Notes: generated by a model not told the origin, from the sequence alone. 21,139 nt of DNA from Natronincola sp. (GCA_012838515.1 DUPA01000013.1:1-21139), one strand, 5' to 3'. Shown: positions 1-8,969, counted from the stretch's first letter. Program-made: numbers and translations.

Positions 1-103
1 ACGTCAGCTTTTTCCGCCCGACGTTCATACCCAAACGGTCACCAATATAGGCTATTACTCCTCCTACAACAGCTAGGATCAAAATTAGAGTAAAACCATA
101 CAT
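1..103 (-). CDS. 5' end (first 34 codons) of a membrane protein, DUF3084-like; continues past the left edge
   Basis: ATG at 103..101 is preceded by a GGAAGGTG Shine-Dalgarno. It translates to MYGFTLILILAVVGGVIAYIGDRLGMNVGRKKLT, a hydrophobic helix followed by GDRLG plus basic residues. I recall this as the N-terminal signature of DUF3084 proteins (from memory, not searched). It is absent from the ORF track because it is truncated. Confidence 0.5.
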   Translation of the reverse strand, partial: MYGFTLILILAVVGGVIAYIGDRLGMNVGRKKLT

Positions 104-138
104 GGTCTGTCACCTTCCTTCTAGCTGATATCTTGTGT

Positions 139-861
139 CTAAAGCGAGAAATTTGCCCCTAAATAATATTTACGAGCCAACTCATTCTCCGCTAATTCCT
201 CTGTGGAACCTGACACTAATACCTCGCCTAAGTGAAGTATATAAGCACGATCAGTAATACGTAGGGTTTCTCTTACATTATGATCGGTTATAATTATCCC
301 TAAATTACGAGTACTCAAATTCGCAACGATTTCTTGGATTTCGCCTACGGCAATGGGATCAACGCCTGCAAACGGTTCATCAAGAAAAAGAAAAGCCGGA
401 TCTAAGGCTAAAGCCCGTGCAATTTCAGTGCGTCTTCTCTCTCCTCCGGAAAGTTGATGACCTCGTTGCTGCCTTACTTCTTGTAGATTGAATTCATCGA
501 TCAAAGATTCTAAACGCTCATTTCTTTTTTCCTCAGAAAGATCGCGTAATTGCAAAACGCTCTTTAAATTTTCTTCCACGGTTAATCTCCTGAAAACAGA
601 AGGCTCTTGAGGTAAGTAACCTAGGCCAAGATGTGTTCTTTTATACATGGGTAGGGCAGTTATGTCGTTTCCGTCGAGATAGATTCGGCCGCCATCCGGT
701 TTGCCAAGTCCGCAGATCAATCCGAATGTGGTGGTTTTACCCGCGCCATTCGGACCCAGAAGCCCCACAATCTCACCTCGATTGGCCTCAAAATCAACAT
801 TGTGTACAACCGTTCTTTTACCATATCTTTTTACTAATTGCGTGGCAAAAAGCTCCATCAT
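139..861 (-). CDS. lptB: LPS export ABC transporter ATP-binding protein LptB
   Basis: 240 aa. Walker A GPNGAGKTTTF, signature LSGGERRR, Walker B FLFLDEPFAGVDP, H-loop ITDHN, and the LptB-typical C-terminal tail ...KYYLGANFSL. Sits in an lpt/fabZ context. Confidence 0.9.
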   Translation of the reverse strand: MMELFATQLVKRYGKRTVVHNVDFEANRGEIVGLLGPNGAGKTTTFGLICGLGKPDGGRIYLDGNDITALPMYKRTHLGLGYLPQEPSVFRRLTVEENLKSVLQLRDLSEEKRNERLESLIDEFNLQEVRQQRGHQLSGGERRRTEIARALALDPAFLFLDEPFAGVDPIAVGEIQEIVANLSTRNLGIIITDHNVRETLRITDRAYILHLGEVLVSGSTEELAENELARKYYLGANFSL

Positions 862-996
862 TTACACACCCGACCATTTCTAATACGTCTAAAACAATCA
901 TTCGTGAATGTTTTTTAATTATGTCGCTTTCTTAAGTTGGATTCTAAATATATTCCCGTTATTCCAAGTTTAATAACAGAACATTACATTTAGTAT

Positions 997-1440
997 CTAT
1001 TTATTTTCTTTCGGTGCTAAAACAAATGTCAAATCACCTTGTGCTGCAATCTTTTCCGCGACTTTTGCTTGAGCCGATATTTTCACTAAGCCCGATCTAT
1101 TTGCTTGCACCGTAGCGGTGATGACCAATTGATCACCGGGCTTAACAACCTCGCGAAATCTTACTTTTTCTATGGCAGCTAATAAAGGGATAACGTCTGC
1201 GCCGGGCGCTCCTCCAACTATCAATCCGCCTACTTGTGCCATGGCTTCAACTATTAATACACCGGGCATTACCGGTGTTTCAGGGTAGTGGCCTTGGAAA
1301 AACGGCTCATTAATCGTTACATTTTTAATGGCAACAATTCTTTCGCCTTCTTCCCTTTCCAAAACCCGATCTACTAAAAGAAAAGGATAGCGATGCGGTA
1401 ACATCTCCCTAATTTGGTCAATGGTAAGCATTTCTGACAT
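997..1440 (-). CDS. fabZ: 3-hydroxyacyl-ACP dehydratase FabZ
   Basis: 147 aa hot-dog fold protein with FabZ motifs LPHRYPFLLVDRV, NEPFFQGHYP..PVMPGVL.VEAMAQ. AAGGAGTG RBS upstream. Confidence 0.92.
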   Translation of the reverse strand: MSEMLTIDQIREMLPHRYPFLLVDRVLEREEGERIVAIKNVTINEPFFQGHYPETPVMPGVLIVEAMAQVGGLIVGGAPGADVIPLLAAIEKVRFREVVKPGDQLVITATVQANRSGLVKISAQAKVAEKIAAQGDLTFVLAPKENK

Positions 1441-1534
1441 GGAAAATCACTCCTTAGCTAAAAATACTAAAAGACTAGATATACTTTAGAGTTTTCTTCT
1501 CTTTTGCGTGTTTTCCTCTTTTCAGCAGGTCTTT

Positions 1535-2275
1535 TTAGTTAGATAGGAGTCGTTTATACAATTTGGCTATCTTTGATTGCGGATGTTCCAAAACCTGCTT
1601 AGGATGACCTTCTTCAACAATTTGACCTTCGTCCATGAATACAATTCTATCGGCTACTCGTAATGCAAAAGAAATCTCGTGTGTAACTATAACCATTGTG
1701 GTTCCTGTGCTTTTAACTAAATCTTCCATTACATCTAAGACCTCCCCTACTAAAATGGGATCTAACGAAGCGGTAGGTTCATCCCATAACATAATTTCGG
1801 GATTTGTAACTAAAGCACGGGCAATGCCCACCCTTTGTTGCTGTCCACCGCTTAATTCATGTGGTCTCCGCGAAGCAGTTGATTTGAGGCCAACCCTATC
1901 TAAGGCTGTTTCGGCTTTTTCCCGTGCTTCCTCTTTTTCCATACCTGCAAGCACCAGATGAAACATGACATTTTCTAGCACTGTGAGGCGTGCTACAAGA
2001 TTAAACTGTTGAAAAACAAATCCCACATTTCTTCTTAATTTTTGCAAATCATCATGGCTTAGTTCAACTACATTTTGGCCATCAAGAATAATTGTACCTT
2101 GATCAGGTTCTGTTAGGCGATTGACACAACGAATAAGGGTGGACTTTCCGCATCCCGAAGGACCCATAATAACAACAGTTTCACCCTTTTTTACATCCAA
2201 ATTTACGCCGTCCAATGCAACGAGTTTCCCGTAACTTTTTCGCACGTCTTTAAGTTCAAGCACTACTTTCACCAC
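1535..2275 (-). CDS. ABC transporter ATP-binding protein, GlnQ/HisP/ArtP (polar amino-acid type I importer) class; partner of 2277..4400
   Basis: Walker A GPSGCGKSTLIRC, Q-loop FQQFNL, LSGGQQQRVGIARAL, Walker B MLWDEPTASLDP, H-loop VIVTHE. The track start GTG at 2275 is 1 nt after the upstream stop. A GTG at 2263 has a better RBS (AAGGTGGTGA, 5-nt spacer) and may be the real start. Confidence 0.85.
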   Translation of the reverse strand: MVKVVLELKDVRKSYGKLVALDGVNLDVKKGETVVIMGPSGCGKSTLIRCVNRLTEPDQGTIILDGQNVVELSHDDLQKLRRNVGFVFQQFNLVARLTVLENVMFHLVLAGMEKEEAREKAETALDRVGLKSTASRRPHELSGGQQQRVGIARALVTNPEIMLWDEPTASLDPILVGEVLDVMEDLVKSTGTTMVIVTHEISFALRVADRIVFMDEGQIVEEGHPKQVLEHPQSKIAKLYKRLLSN

Positions 2276-2276
2276 C

Positions 2277-4400
2277 TTAAAATTTCTGTTTCCAACGATT
2301 TTGCAAGTTCAATAATCCCGGCCTGCTTGAGGGAATAAGAATTTCCCTCATTATTTGCACATTAGATAGGCCTAATGACTGCCCGGCCATTACCTCCATA
2401 CTATTTATGGGGCTAAATCGTTCCGCAAAAACCACGACAAGCATGCCTAGGGAAAAGCCCACAAGGACAATTACCGGAAGACTAAAGAAGGGAATTTGGG
2501 CCCGGCTAAGCTTAAACACGCAGGTTAAAATCAGGCTACCGACAATTCCTCCCGTTACCAAAAGGGGATCAAATACTTTCATCCACCATTTTTTAATGGG
2601 GGTTTTTGTGGATCGAACATATTTTAGAGTGCTAAAAATGGTTGCATGATCCAAAATTAAAACGATGAGCGTAAAGACTATTGAAAGTAAGCCTGCCACA
2701 ATTGAGCGGACTTCCTTTAAAATCCTGAAGATTTCACCTCGAGGATCCGGATTAATCATTCCCACTGAAGTGAAGTATATATGAACTAAAGGATTGTCCA
2801 ATTTATCCCTAAAGAGCTTTTCTAACCCTTTCTCATCAAATTCTTTACCTTGAACTAAAATTTGAATCCTCTCTCCCGGAATTACTTGTCCTCCAAGATA
2901 AGTGTTGATTAAGCGAATAGATTGTCCTATTTCTTCATCGCGTAAATCAGGGAGGGTATTTCTCACATGACTAATCTGTTCGATGATCGCTGTTAAATCA
3001 ATGCCTTGAACATTGGCTATCTGTGTACTAATTCCATTTAAACTACGGCGCATCTCTTCAATATCAAGACTTTCTAATGAATCTAACGAGCCTTCACCGG
3101 TATTTATTGCCGCCTGCGCCAGCGTTTGAAATAGACCGTTTAGTAGTAAAGAAACTAAAAACTGTTCGCCTGAGGCTTTCGCATCGCCCTTGCTAATACC
3201 CTCGTTGAGTTGTCGCATTTGCACTTGCAAGACTTCCAATTGCATTAGTGCTTCTTGGAAGGTTGTCAAAACTGCATCGGCGTTACTTACGGCCTCATTA
3301 GCTTGGACCGACAGCTCTTCTAATTCTTCTAAAAGCCTTAAACTTTCATCAATGGCGTAAGCCAAACGATAACGTTCATTTTCTATTTCACCATCACCTA
3401 TTAATTCTCCGCGTCCGCTCTCCCCTTCCCAGCGATAGGCAGGTAAAACCAGTTTGTCCATGGATTGTACAGGTGATCCTTTCACTATCATTCCTTTAAC
3501 ATTAATGGGCGTAACCTCAGTGATCTCCACAACCAAGTCATCCACAAAGTCTTCTTTTGATACTAAAACCAAAAGTTCACCTACGCCCAAATGGGCGCCT
3601 TCTGCGCCAATAATCGTTACCTTAGACGCATAGCCGGCTAAAAATGCACGCATCTCCATCAAGGTTTTCAAAAAGGCATCTAGATCTTCGCCATATTCTG
3701 CCGAAGTTATATTAGTATAATCCCCCTCTATCATGGGATAATGGGCGCGTAAAATGTCTAGTGCTTGTTGTCCCACTTCTCCGGTGTCAACTTCAAAACC
3801 CATGGGGAAGCGAAGCTCTAAAATCTCGTAATTTGCCAAAATAACATCTATGTCTTTAGAAACTCGCGAAACGGTATCTTCTGCATCTATCACAGCAATC
3901 AAGTTGTTCCCGTCTTGTACAACAAAACCCACACCGTTTACTTCACTAATCAATTCCCGCAATTCTTGACGCACTCCGGGGTGTACGCCGCGAATCAAAA
4001 CGCTAGGCTCCACCATGAGGGTATACCCATTTAGCCCCGGAACCGCGCCAAAGTAGGAGGCAATGCTTTCGAGCACCTCCTTTGTTCGTTGCGCCTTCGG
4101 TAAACCAAAAAATATATTGGCTTGTCCCGCGATTGTGAATGTTTGATTTAGTTTAAATCCGGGAAACGATTCTTCACCAATGCGTTCTAATTCTCGCATA
4201 GCCGCCTCTTTCGCTTCCTCGCGAATATGCAAAATCAAATCGTACTCTCCATATTCACCAATCATATCATCTAGGGTATCACCAAAATATGTGTCAATAG
4301 CCCATGCAACCCCTTGGGAAAACACGGAGCCAATTATTATTGTCAATATCAACAAGATGATTACATCTTGATAAAAACCATCGCGAAAAAAAGAGAGCAT
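2277..4400 (-). CDS. Atypical ABC membrane subunit: 1 N-terminal TM + ~530-aa periplasmic domain with long helical/coiled-coil segment + 3 C-terminal TMs + cytoplasmic EAA-loop-like tail; function unknown
   Basis: 707 aa. GAGGAGGAAGGG RBS. TM1 at aa ~12-34 and TMs at aa ~566-590, 611-631, 637-659. Leu/Glu/Gln-rich helical stretch at aa ~341-500. C-terminal ...EVMAGQSLGLSNVQIMREILIPSSRPGLL fits G-x9-I-x-[LI]-P of the EAA coupling loop. Tightly coupled to the downstream ATPase. Confidence 0.6.
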   Translation of the reverse strand: MLSFFRDGFYQDVIILLILTIIIGSVFSQGVAWAIDTYFGDTLDDMIGEYGEYDLILHIREEAKEAAMRELERIGEESFPGFKLNQTFTIAGQANIFFGLPKAQRTKEVLESIASYFGAVPGLNGYTLMVEPSVLIRGVHPGVRQELRELISEVNGVGFVVQDGNNLIAVIDAEDTVSRVSKDIDVILANYEILELRFPMGFEVDTGEVGQQALDILRAHYPMIEGDYTNITSAEYGEDLDAFLKTLMEMRAFLAGYASKVTIIGAEGAHLGVGELLVLVSKEDFVDDLVVEITEVTPINVKGMIVKGSPVQSMDKLVLPAYRWEGESGRGELIGDGEIENERYRLAYAIDESLRLLEELEELSVQANEAVSNADAVLTTFQEALMQLEVLQVQMRQLNEGISKGDAKASGEQFLVSLLLNGLFQTLAQAAINTGEGSLDSLESLDIEEMRRSLNGISTQIANVQGIDLTAIIEQISHVRNTLPDLRDEEIGQSIRLINTYLGGQVIPGERIQILVQGKEFDEKGLEKLFRDKLDNPLVHIYFTSVGMINPDPRGEIFRILKEVRSIVAGLLSIVFTLIVLILDHATIFSTLKYVRSTKTPIKKWWMKVFDPLLVTGGIVGSLILTCVFKLSRAQIPFFSLPVIVLVGFSLGMLVVVFAERFSPINSMEVMAGQSLGLSNVQIMREILIPSSRPGLLNLQNRWKQKF

Positions 4401-4427
4401 TACCCTTCCTCCTCACCTAGTGCCTTT

Positions 4428-4456
4428 ATTATAACACGCTCTAGCTGGGTTTTAAG
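4428..4456 (-). promoter_or_regulatory. Candidate sigma-70/sigA promoter with extended -10 for the ABC pair (and possibly fabZ-lptB)
   Basis: Minus strand reads TTAAAA/CTTAAA, a 16-17 nt spacer, then TGTTATAAT (TGn-extended -10; TATAAT = 4433..4428). It lies ~28 nt upstream of the ATG at 4400. Confidence 0.4.
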
Positions 4457-4457
4457 C

Positions 4458-4479
4458 GGTAATACTCTCTAGTATTTCC
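4458..4479 (-). terminator. Weak AT-rich hairpin just after lptA stop (possible partial terminator/processing site)
   Basis: GGAAATACT-AGAG-AGTATTACC on the minus strand (6 perfect bp plus a flanking GG/CC). There is no U-tract, so termination is doubtful. Confidence 0.2.
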
Positions 4480-4484
4480 AATTA

Positions 4485-5057
4485 TTACTTATTATCCGTA
4501 TTAAACTCTCCTTGAAATGAACCATAAAACCGGAGTTCACTTTTCTCCAAAAGCATCAGAAATTTTTGGCCCTCTAACTCCCCATCTTCAAAAATCACCT
4601 TAACGTTGCCGGTGAAAAGGGCCTCATCTGTCTCTTCATCGTAATCTAAGTTGTCGGCATAAATCTTTGCATCATCTGTGACAACAAGAACATTATCTTT
4701 AGCAATTAGCTTTTTATCATCACCAAAATATTCAATGATTTGTGCAGATAGCTCGAAATCATCCTTCTCTAATTTAGCGTCATTACTAAAAAGTGCATAG
4801 TTGTCTTTGGTATTCCATTCCATCTTGTATCCTAAAATCTGCACGTCATCAAAGTTCACTTTAATTAGTGCGTCCGGAATTTCCCTAACATCTGCATAGA
4901 AAATGCCCGCATCGGGATCATAGCGTCCGGCCACCACATCGTCGGGAACACCTACGATTTCTAACCTTCCCTTTTCGCTTTCAGCTAAAACAGGCACTAA
5001 GTGAGAACAAAAGATAATTAAAACTAGAATAAAAAGAACTGATCTTTTATTGTTCAT
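4485..5057 (-). CDS. lptA: Periplasmic LPS transport protein LptA (OstA-like jellyroll)
   Basis: 190 aa with a signal peptide (...LVPVLA/ESE). Repetitive OstA-like beta pattern, including ADNLDYDEETDEALFTGNVKV. GGAGGTGGA RBS. Start overlaps the lptC end by 11 nt. Confidence 0.75.
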   Translation of the reverse strand: MNNKRSVLFILVLIIFCSHLVPVLAESEKGRLEIVGVPDDVVAGRYDPDAGIFYADVREIPDALIKVNFDDVQILGYKMEWNTKDNYALFSNDAKLEKDDFELSAQIIEYFGDDKKLIAKDNVLVVTDDAKIYADNLDYDEETDEALFTGNVKVIFEDGELEGQKFLMLLEKSELRFYGSFQGEFNTDNK

Positions 5058-5691
5058 CTTTTTCCACCTCCGTCTCGAAAATCACAACTCCGTAAAAGTC
5101 CATTAGATCATTGTCTAAATCATAAATGGCTTCGCTCATTTTCCAAGAAAATTCGCGATCCTTTATTTCTACACCCGCCTTTAGATGCAATAAACCGGTT
5201 TCCATTTCTAAAATCATTTCTTCCGAAACAATAGCAAGTCCCTGCCAGTCAATGTTCGCCTGACCGGGCGATGTGAGAGTGCTATCCTTTTCGTTTAAAA
5301 TCAAAAGATCGCTTTCCAGCTTAAATTCATCGTCGATTTGCACTATTACCGCGTTATATAATTCTAAATTATTTTTTCTCCGATCCCAGATTGCCTTTTC
5401 AGCATCTACGAGAAAATAAGGTTCTTGTTCTTGGAAAAGCGTAATTTTATCCATTTCAGTTAAAGTAACCTGACCCTCTGCTTGTAACACGGAGTTGGTT
5501 AAAATCTCCCATTGCCTTTCTCCATCCTTGCGACCAATCAATCGAGATTCATGTAGTTGAACACTTGGTGGAATATTTTCCGCAGGTGGAGGTGGATTAA
5601 ACCAAACTAGATAAATAAAATAACAGATAATAGTCACGATAATCAAAACAAAGCTAATAATGATCAATTTAGTCTTGGCGGTTAGATTCAT
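5047..5691 (-). CDS. lptC: Inner-membrane-anchored LPS transport protein LptC-like
   Basis: 214 aa with a single N-terminal TM anchor (KLIIISFVLIIVTIICYFIYLVW) followed by a beta-rich periplasmic domain. It sits between lptD and lptA. ATG overlaps the lptD stop by 1 nt (TAATG). Confidence 0.65.
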   Translation of the reverse strand: MNLTAKTKLIIISFVLIIVTIICYFIYLVWFNPPPPAENIPPSVQLHESRLIGRKDGERQWEILTNSVLQAEGQVTLTEMDKITLFQEQEPYFLVDAEKAIWDRRKNNLELYNAVIVQIDDEFKLESDLLILNEKDSTLTSPGQANIDWQGLAIVSEEMILEMETGLLHLKAGVEIKDREFSWKMSEAIYDLDNDLMDFYGVVIFETEVEKDEQ

Positions 5692-7844
5692 TATTCTATA
5701 CCCCCGATTATATCAGTAACCTCGTCTAAATCGAATAGGCTCATGCCTTCCTTAGAGTCCCAACCGATAGGCATGTTGGGAAATGCATTGATAGTATATT
5801 GCAAAGCGACCCGTTTTTCTACATGATCGTAATTTAGTTCTAGCGTGCGACAATGTAAATCCCTAGTAAGAGTTACATGCCCTTGGATAAACTCTTGATT
5901 TAGAGGCTCAAAGATACTTTCGTACCCAACACGCCAAGTTTTACCCACCGGAACAGATATACGAGAATCTATACGTTCCACTGTTTTAGTTGTGGGATGA
6001 TAACGTAAGCCAAGTTTAAATCCTACATCCTCAGTTTTGTAATCCACCATGGGCACAAGAGTAAGTGTTTCTTTTGTATTTAAATCATGGTAACCGTACA
6101 AATCAAACGATAAACTTTTTGTAGCTTTCCAATTCGCCCTAAAAATAAGGGGACTAAACCCTTCGGATAAAAAATCATATCTACTATTTACGCTAGTTCG
6201 CAACTTAGAATTTGTATAGCTGAGTTCAAAGCCTAAATCTTGTAAAGGCTTTTGCTGATCAAACCGGAAAGGAGTGAAACCCCACACATCTCGTCTTCTA
6301 TAAGTGTTTGTAAGGCGAAGACCTTTCACTAACTCTTGACTTACCGACACGCGACCATAGGTCCAAGTTTGTTGTTTTCGATCACCATAGTAGCTTGTAG
6401 ATAGATCACCTTGGTAGGTTACTCTGGTTTTATCAAAAGGGCGCCAAGTTTGCGATTTTAAACTAAGTTGTCCAAAAACTCGGGATTGCTTTGTTAAAAC
6501 GGGGCGTTCTTGATATCTTCCCACCACTAATTGGGATCTAAATGGAGATTTTTTTGCTCCAAAATCACTATTTTCCCATTTGAATTCGGGAATTCTCTGA
6601 ATACTGCGCCATGGCTGTACTTCTGATTCGAAAAGATCCGGATTCACCTGCTGTTGTACTGCCAGTGTGAATTTATGCTTATCTTTTACATACGTGGTTT
6701 CACCTAAATAGTCAATTAATCGCAAAGTTTGAGTAGTCTCACGCTCAGTAAAACTACCTCTTAAATCAAGCTTCCAATCTTTTGTTAAATTCTGCGACCA
6801 TAGTCCACCGTACTCTTCTAAACGGTGCACGAGTAATCTGGGGGTTAGCTTATAGTTATACCAGAGCTCTGTTTTGAGTCTAGGCAAATTAAGCGCCACG
6901 CTATTTTTAGTGGTGAACTCTTGGCGCATCCAAGAATTTTCCTCACTGGTATTTGTTTTCAAAGTTAAATTAGAGATTTTCAATTCGTGATTCCATGCTT
7001 TTTTCGATAAAATATCAGCGTACCCAGGCAAACCATGAAGATGTAAAGAACCCTTTCCTAATTTCTTCAGATCGTAATTGTGTTTAGCGCCAATAGCTAC
7101 GCCCAAATTAGAATAGCCGTCTAGATGAATATTGCCATAGGAATTCTCGTTAAAATAATAATTGAAGGTATTTAACATATAATAACCTTCATACTCCCCA
7201 TAACCCACTACAGGTAAATTAAAAAATCTATCTTCATCCATTGTATCTAACGGAATCACTAGATATGGCCAATAAAAGATAGGTATCTTACCCTCGTAAT
7301 AAGTTACACCCTTGATTATTACCCGTTTACCGAGGATGACTTCAATTTTTTTTGTTGCAATATGATAATGACTATTCTCCAATTCACAAGTGGTAAAGGT
7401 GGCTTTTTCCACGGTATAGCTCTCATCATCCAACTCTACAGCATTGCCAAAGACAAATAAGGTACCTGTTTCGTCTGCCAAAAGAATCTCGGTGCGGGCC
7501 TCTTCAAAGTTACCTTCACCAGTTTCTAAATTATAAGATAAAAAGCGCCCGGTAACCTCTTGTTCCCCTTGGATGAGACTAACGTTACCCTTAAGCTCAG
7601 CTTCGCTCGTAGATAAATTAACCCATAATTCATCACTTTTGAGTATAAAATCTTCACTAGTTATGACAACATTTCCTTGGGCTTTAAAAACATTATTATT
7701 GAAATCGTATGAGCCAAAGTCCTCCGCGACAATTTGCACTCTCTCTTCGCCACAATAGGCAACGGGTACGAAGCTAAGAGTGCTAACCACTATAAATCCT
7801 AATATAAACAAAATACGGAAGAGCTTTGGCTTTTTTAGGCCCAT
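5691..7844 (-). CDS. lptD: LPS-assembly outer membrane protein LptD (OstA N-terminal domain + large beta-barrel)
   Basis: Signal peptide, then OstA-like N-domain (FKAQGNVVITSEDFILKSDELWVNL...AELKGNVSL), then ~500 aa of alternating amphipathic beta strands rich in Y/W/G. I place the start at ATG 7844 (AAGGAGA, 7-nt spacer) rather than the track start at 7874. Confidence 0.8.
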   Translation of the reverse strand: MGLKKPKLFRILFILGFIVVSTLSFVPVAYCGEERVQIVAEDFGSYDFNNNVFKAQGNVVITSEDFILKSDELWVNLSTSEAELKGNVSLIQGEQEVTGRFLSYNLETGEGNFEEARTEILLADETGTLFVFGNAVELDDESYTVEKATFTTCELENSHYHIATKKIEVILGKRVIIKGVTYYEGKIPIFYWPYLVIPLDTMDEDRFFNLPVVGYGEYEGYYMLNTFNYYFNENSYGNIHLDGYSNLGVAIGAKHNYDLKKLGKGSLHLHGLPGYADILSKKAWNHELKISNLTLKTNTSEENSWMRQEFTTKNSVALNLPRLKTELWYNYKLTPRLLVHRLEEYGGLWSQNLTKDWKLDLRGSFTERETTQTLRLIDYLGETTYVKDKHKFTLAVQQQVNPDLFESEVQPWRSIQRIPEFKWENSDFGAKKSPFRSQLVVGRYQERPVLTKQSRVFGQLSLKSQTWRPFDKTRVTYQGDLSTSYYGDRKQQTWTYGRVSVSQELVKGLRLTNTYRRRDVWGFTPFRFDQQKPLQDLGFELSYTNSKLRTSVNSRYDFLSEGFSPLIFRANWKATKSLSFDLYGYHDLNTKETLTLVPMVDYKTEDVGFKLGLRYHPTTKTVERIDSRISVPVGKTWRVGYESIFEPLNQEFIQGHVTLTRDLHCRTLELNYDHVEKRVALQYTINAFPNMPIGWDSKEGMSLFDLDEVTDIIGGIE

Positions 7845-7860
7845 CAGTATCTCCTTAATT

Positions 7861-8937
7861 CTAACGTAATTCATCGGCCTTGATTAAAAATATAGATCCC
7901 ATTACGGCAAATAAAACATTTACGAGCCAAGCGGCTACCGGAGCGGGAAAAACTTCGTTAATTCCTAAGGAACGGGAAACAGAAATTGCCACGTAGTAAA
8001 ACAATAATACAATTAGGCTCACCACTATACCAAAGGATCTACCCCCCTTGCCTTTTAAGGCTAAAGGAGCACCAAAAAGGGCAAAGACAAAGGAAGCCAT
8101 GGGCAAAGACATCTTCATATGATAATCAACTACGAAAGAGCGTACCTTAAGCCCACTACGTTGAAAGCGCTCAATATATTCACCCAGTTCTTTACGGCTC
8201 ATTTCATCAACCGTTCGCTGGTTACCTAAATACATTTCACCATCTTGCTCAGTAACTATTTCCATGCGTTTAAAGCGACTTTCGAATTCAACAAAGCCAT
8301 CATCGTCAAGTTCCTGTAATATTCCATCGAATAGTACCCAAACATTCTTTTCAAATATCCCCGTTTTTGCACTCACTAAGCTGGGAAAATCAGAATCTCC
8401 CAATTCGTACACGAGAATATTCTTCAATTCATTCGTCTTGGTCTCTACTTCTTCGATATAAAAGTAGCGGTCATCTCCGCCATGGAAAAATACATTTTCC
8501 TCTACAATGGGAACTCCATCGGAAAAGATAATTCGCCGCAAAGTATTTTCGAATTCATGATTTGCCTGAGGAACGATCTTTTCCGCGGCCCAAAAATTGA
8601 ATATACTTATTAATAATCCTAAAATTACAATTGGAACAATTAAACGGGGAAAAGATACTCCGCTTCCCCGTAATACTGTCATCTCATTATCCTGCACTAA
8701 ACGCCCTATGGCCAATAAGGTGGCAAATAAGCTTGCTATGGGCAAAGTCATTACCGCCGTTGCCGGAATTCGATACAGAAGCATTTTAGCCACAGTAAAG
8801 ACAGCCACTTCATTGACGAAAATCAAATCGGTAAGCTGAAATAGCAGACCACTTAATAGGACCACAGTAAACCCAAAAACACAAAAGAGAAAGGGTCCTA
8901 TAAAGCCGCGTATTAAATAACGATCGAAAATCCTCAT
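7861..8937 (-). CDS. LptF/LptG-family LPS export permease (YjgP/YjgQ); only one copy in window
   Basis: 358 aa. N-terminus MRIFDRYLIRGFIGPFLF is typical of LptF/G. Three TMs, a periplasmic beta-jellyroll insert, then three TMs. GAGGTG RBS. Confidence 0.88.
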   Translation of the reverse strand: MRIFDRYLIRGFIGPFLFCVFGFTVVLLSGLLFQLTDLIFVNEVAVFTVAKMLLYRIPATAVMTLPIASLFATLLAIGRLVQDNEMTVLRGSGVSFPRLIVPIVILGLLISIFNFWAAEKIVPQANHEFENTLRRIIFSDGVPIVEENVFFHGGDDRYFYIEEVETKTNELKNILVYELGDSDFPSLVSAKTGIFEKNVWVLFDGILQELDDDGFVEFESRFKRMEIVTEQDGEMYLGNQRTVDEMSRKELGEYIERFQRSGLKVRSFVVDYHMKMSLPMASFVFALFGAPLALKGKGGRSFGIVVSLIVLLFYYVAISVSRSLGINEVFPAPVAAWLVNVLFAVMGSIFLIKADELR

Positions 8938-8969
8938 GCAAACACCTCACAGGTTAAACAGCGACCTAC

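Noticed and set aside
862-996. 135-nt fabZ-lptB spacer examined for a promoter or terminator (TTGGAA...TAGAAT, GTTATT/AATAAC hairpin)
   Set aside because: The hexamer spacing is 15 nt, which is too short. The hairpin is 6 bp, all A/T, and lacks a U-tract. Neither is strong enough to call.
1647-1654. Second GCCGATAG-like sigma-28 -10 motif inside the ABC ATPase gene
   Set aside because: It is intragenic, is an imperfect octamer, and has no TAAA element 15-16 nt upstream. Most likely a chance match.
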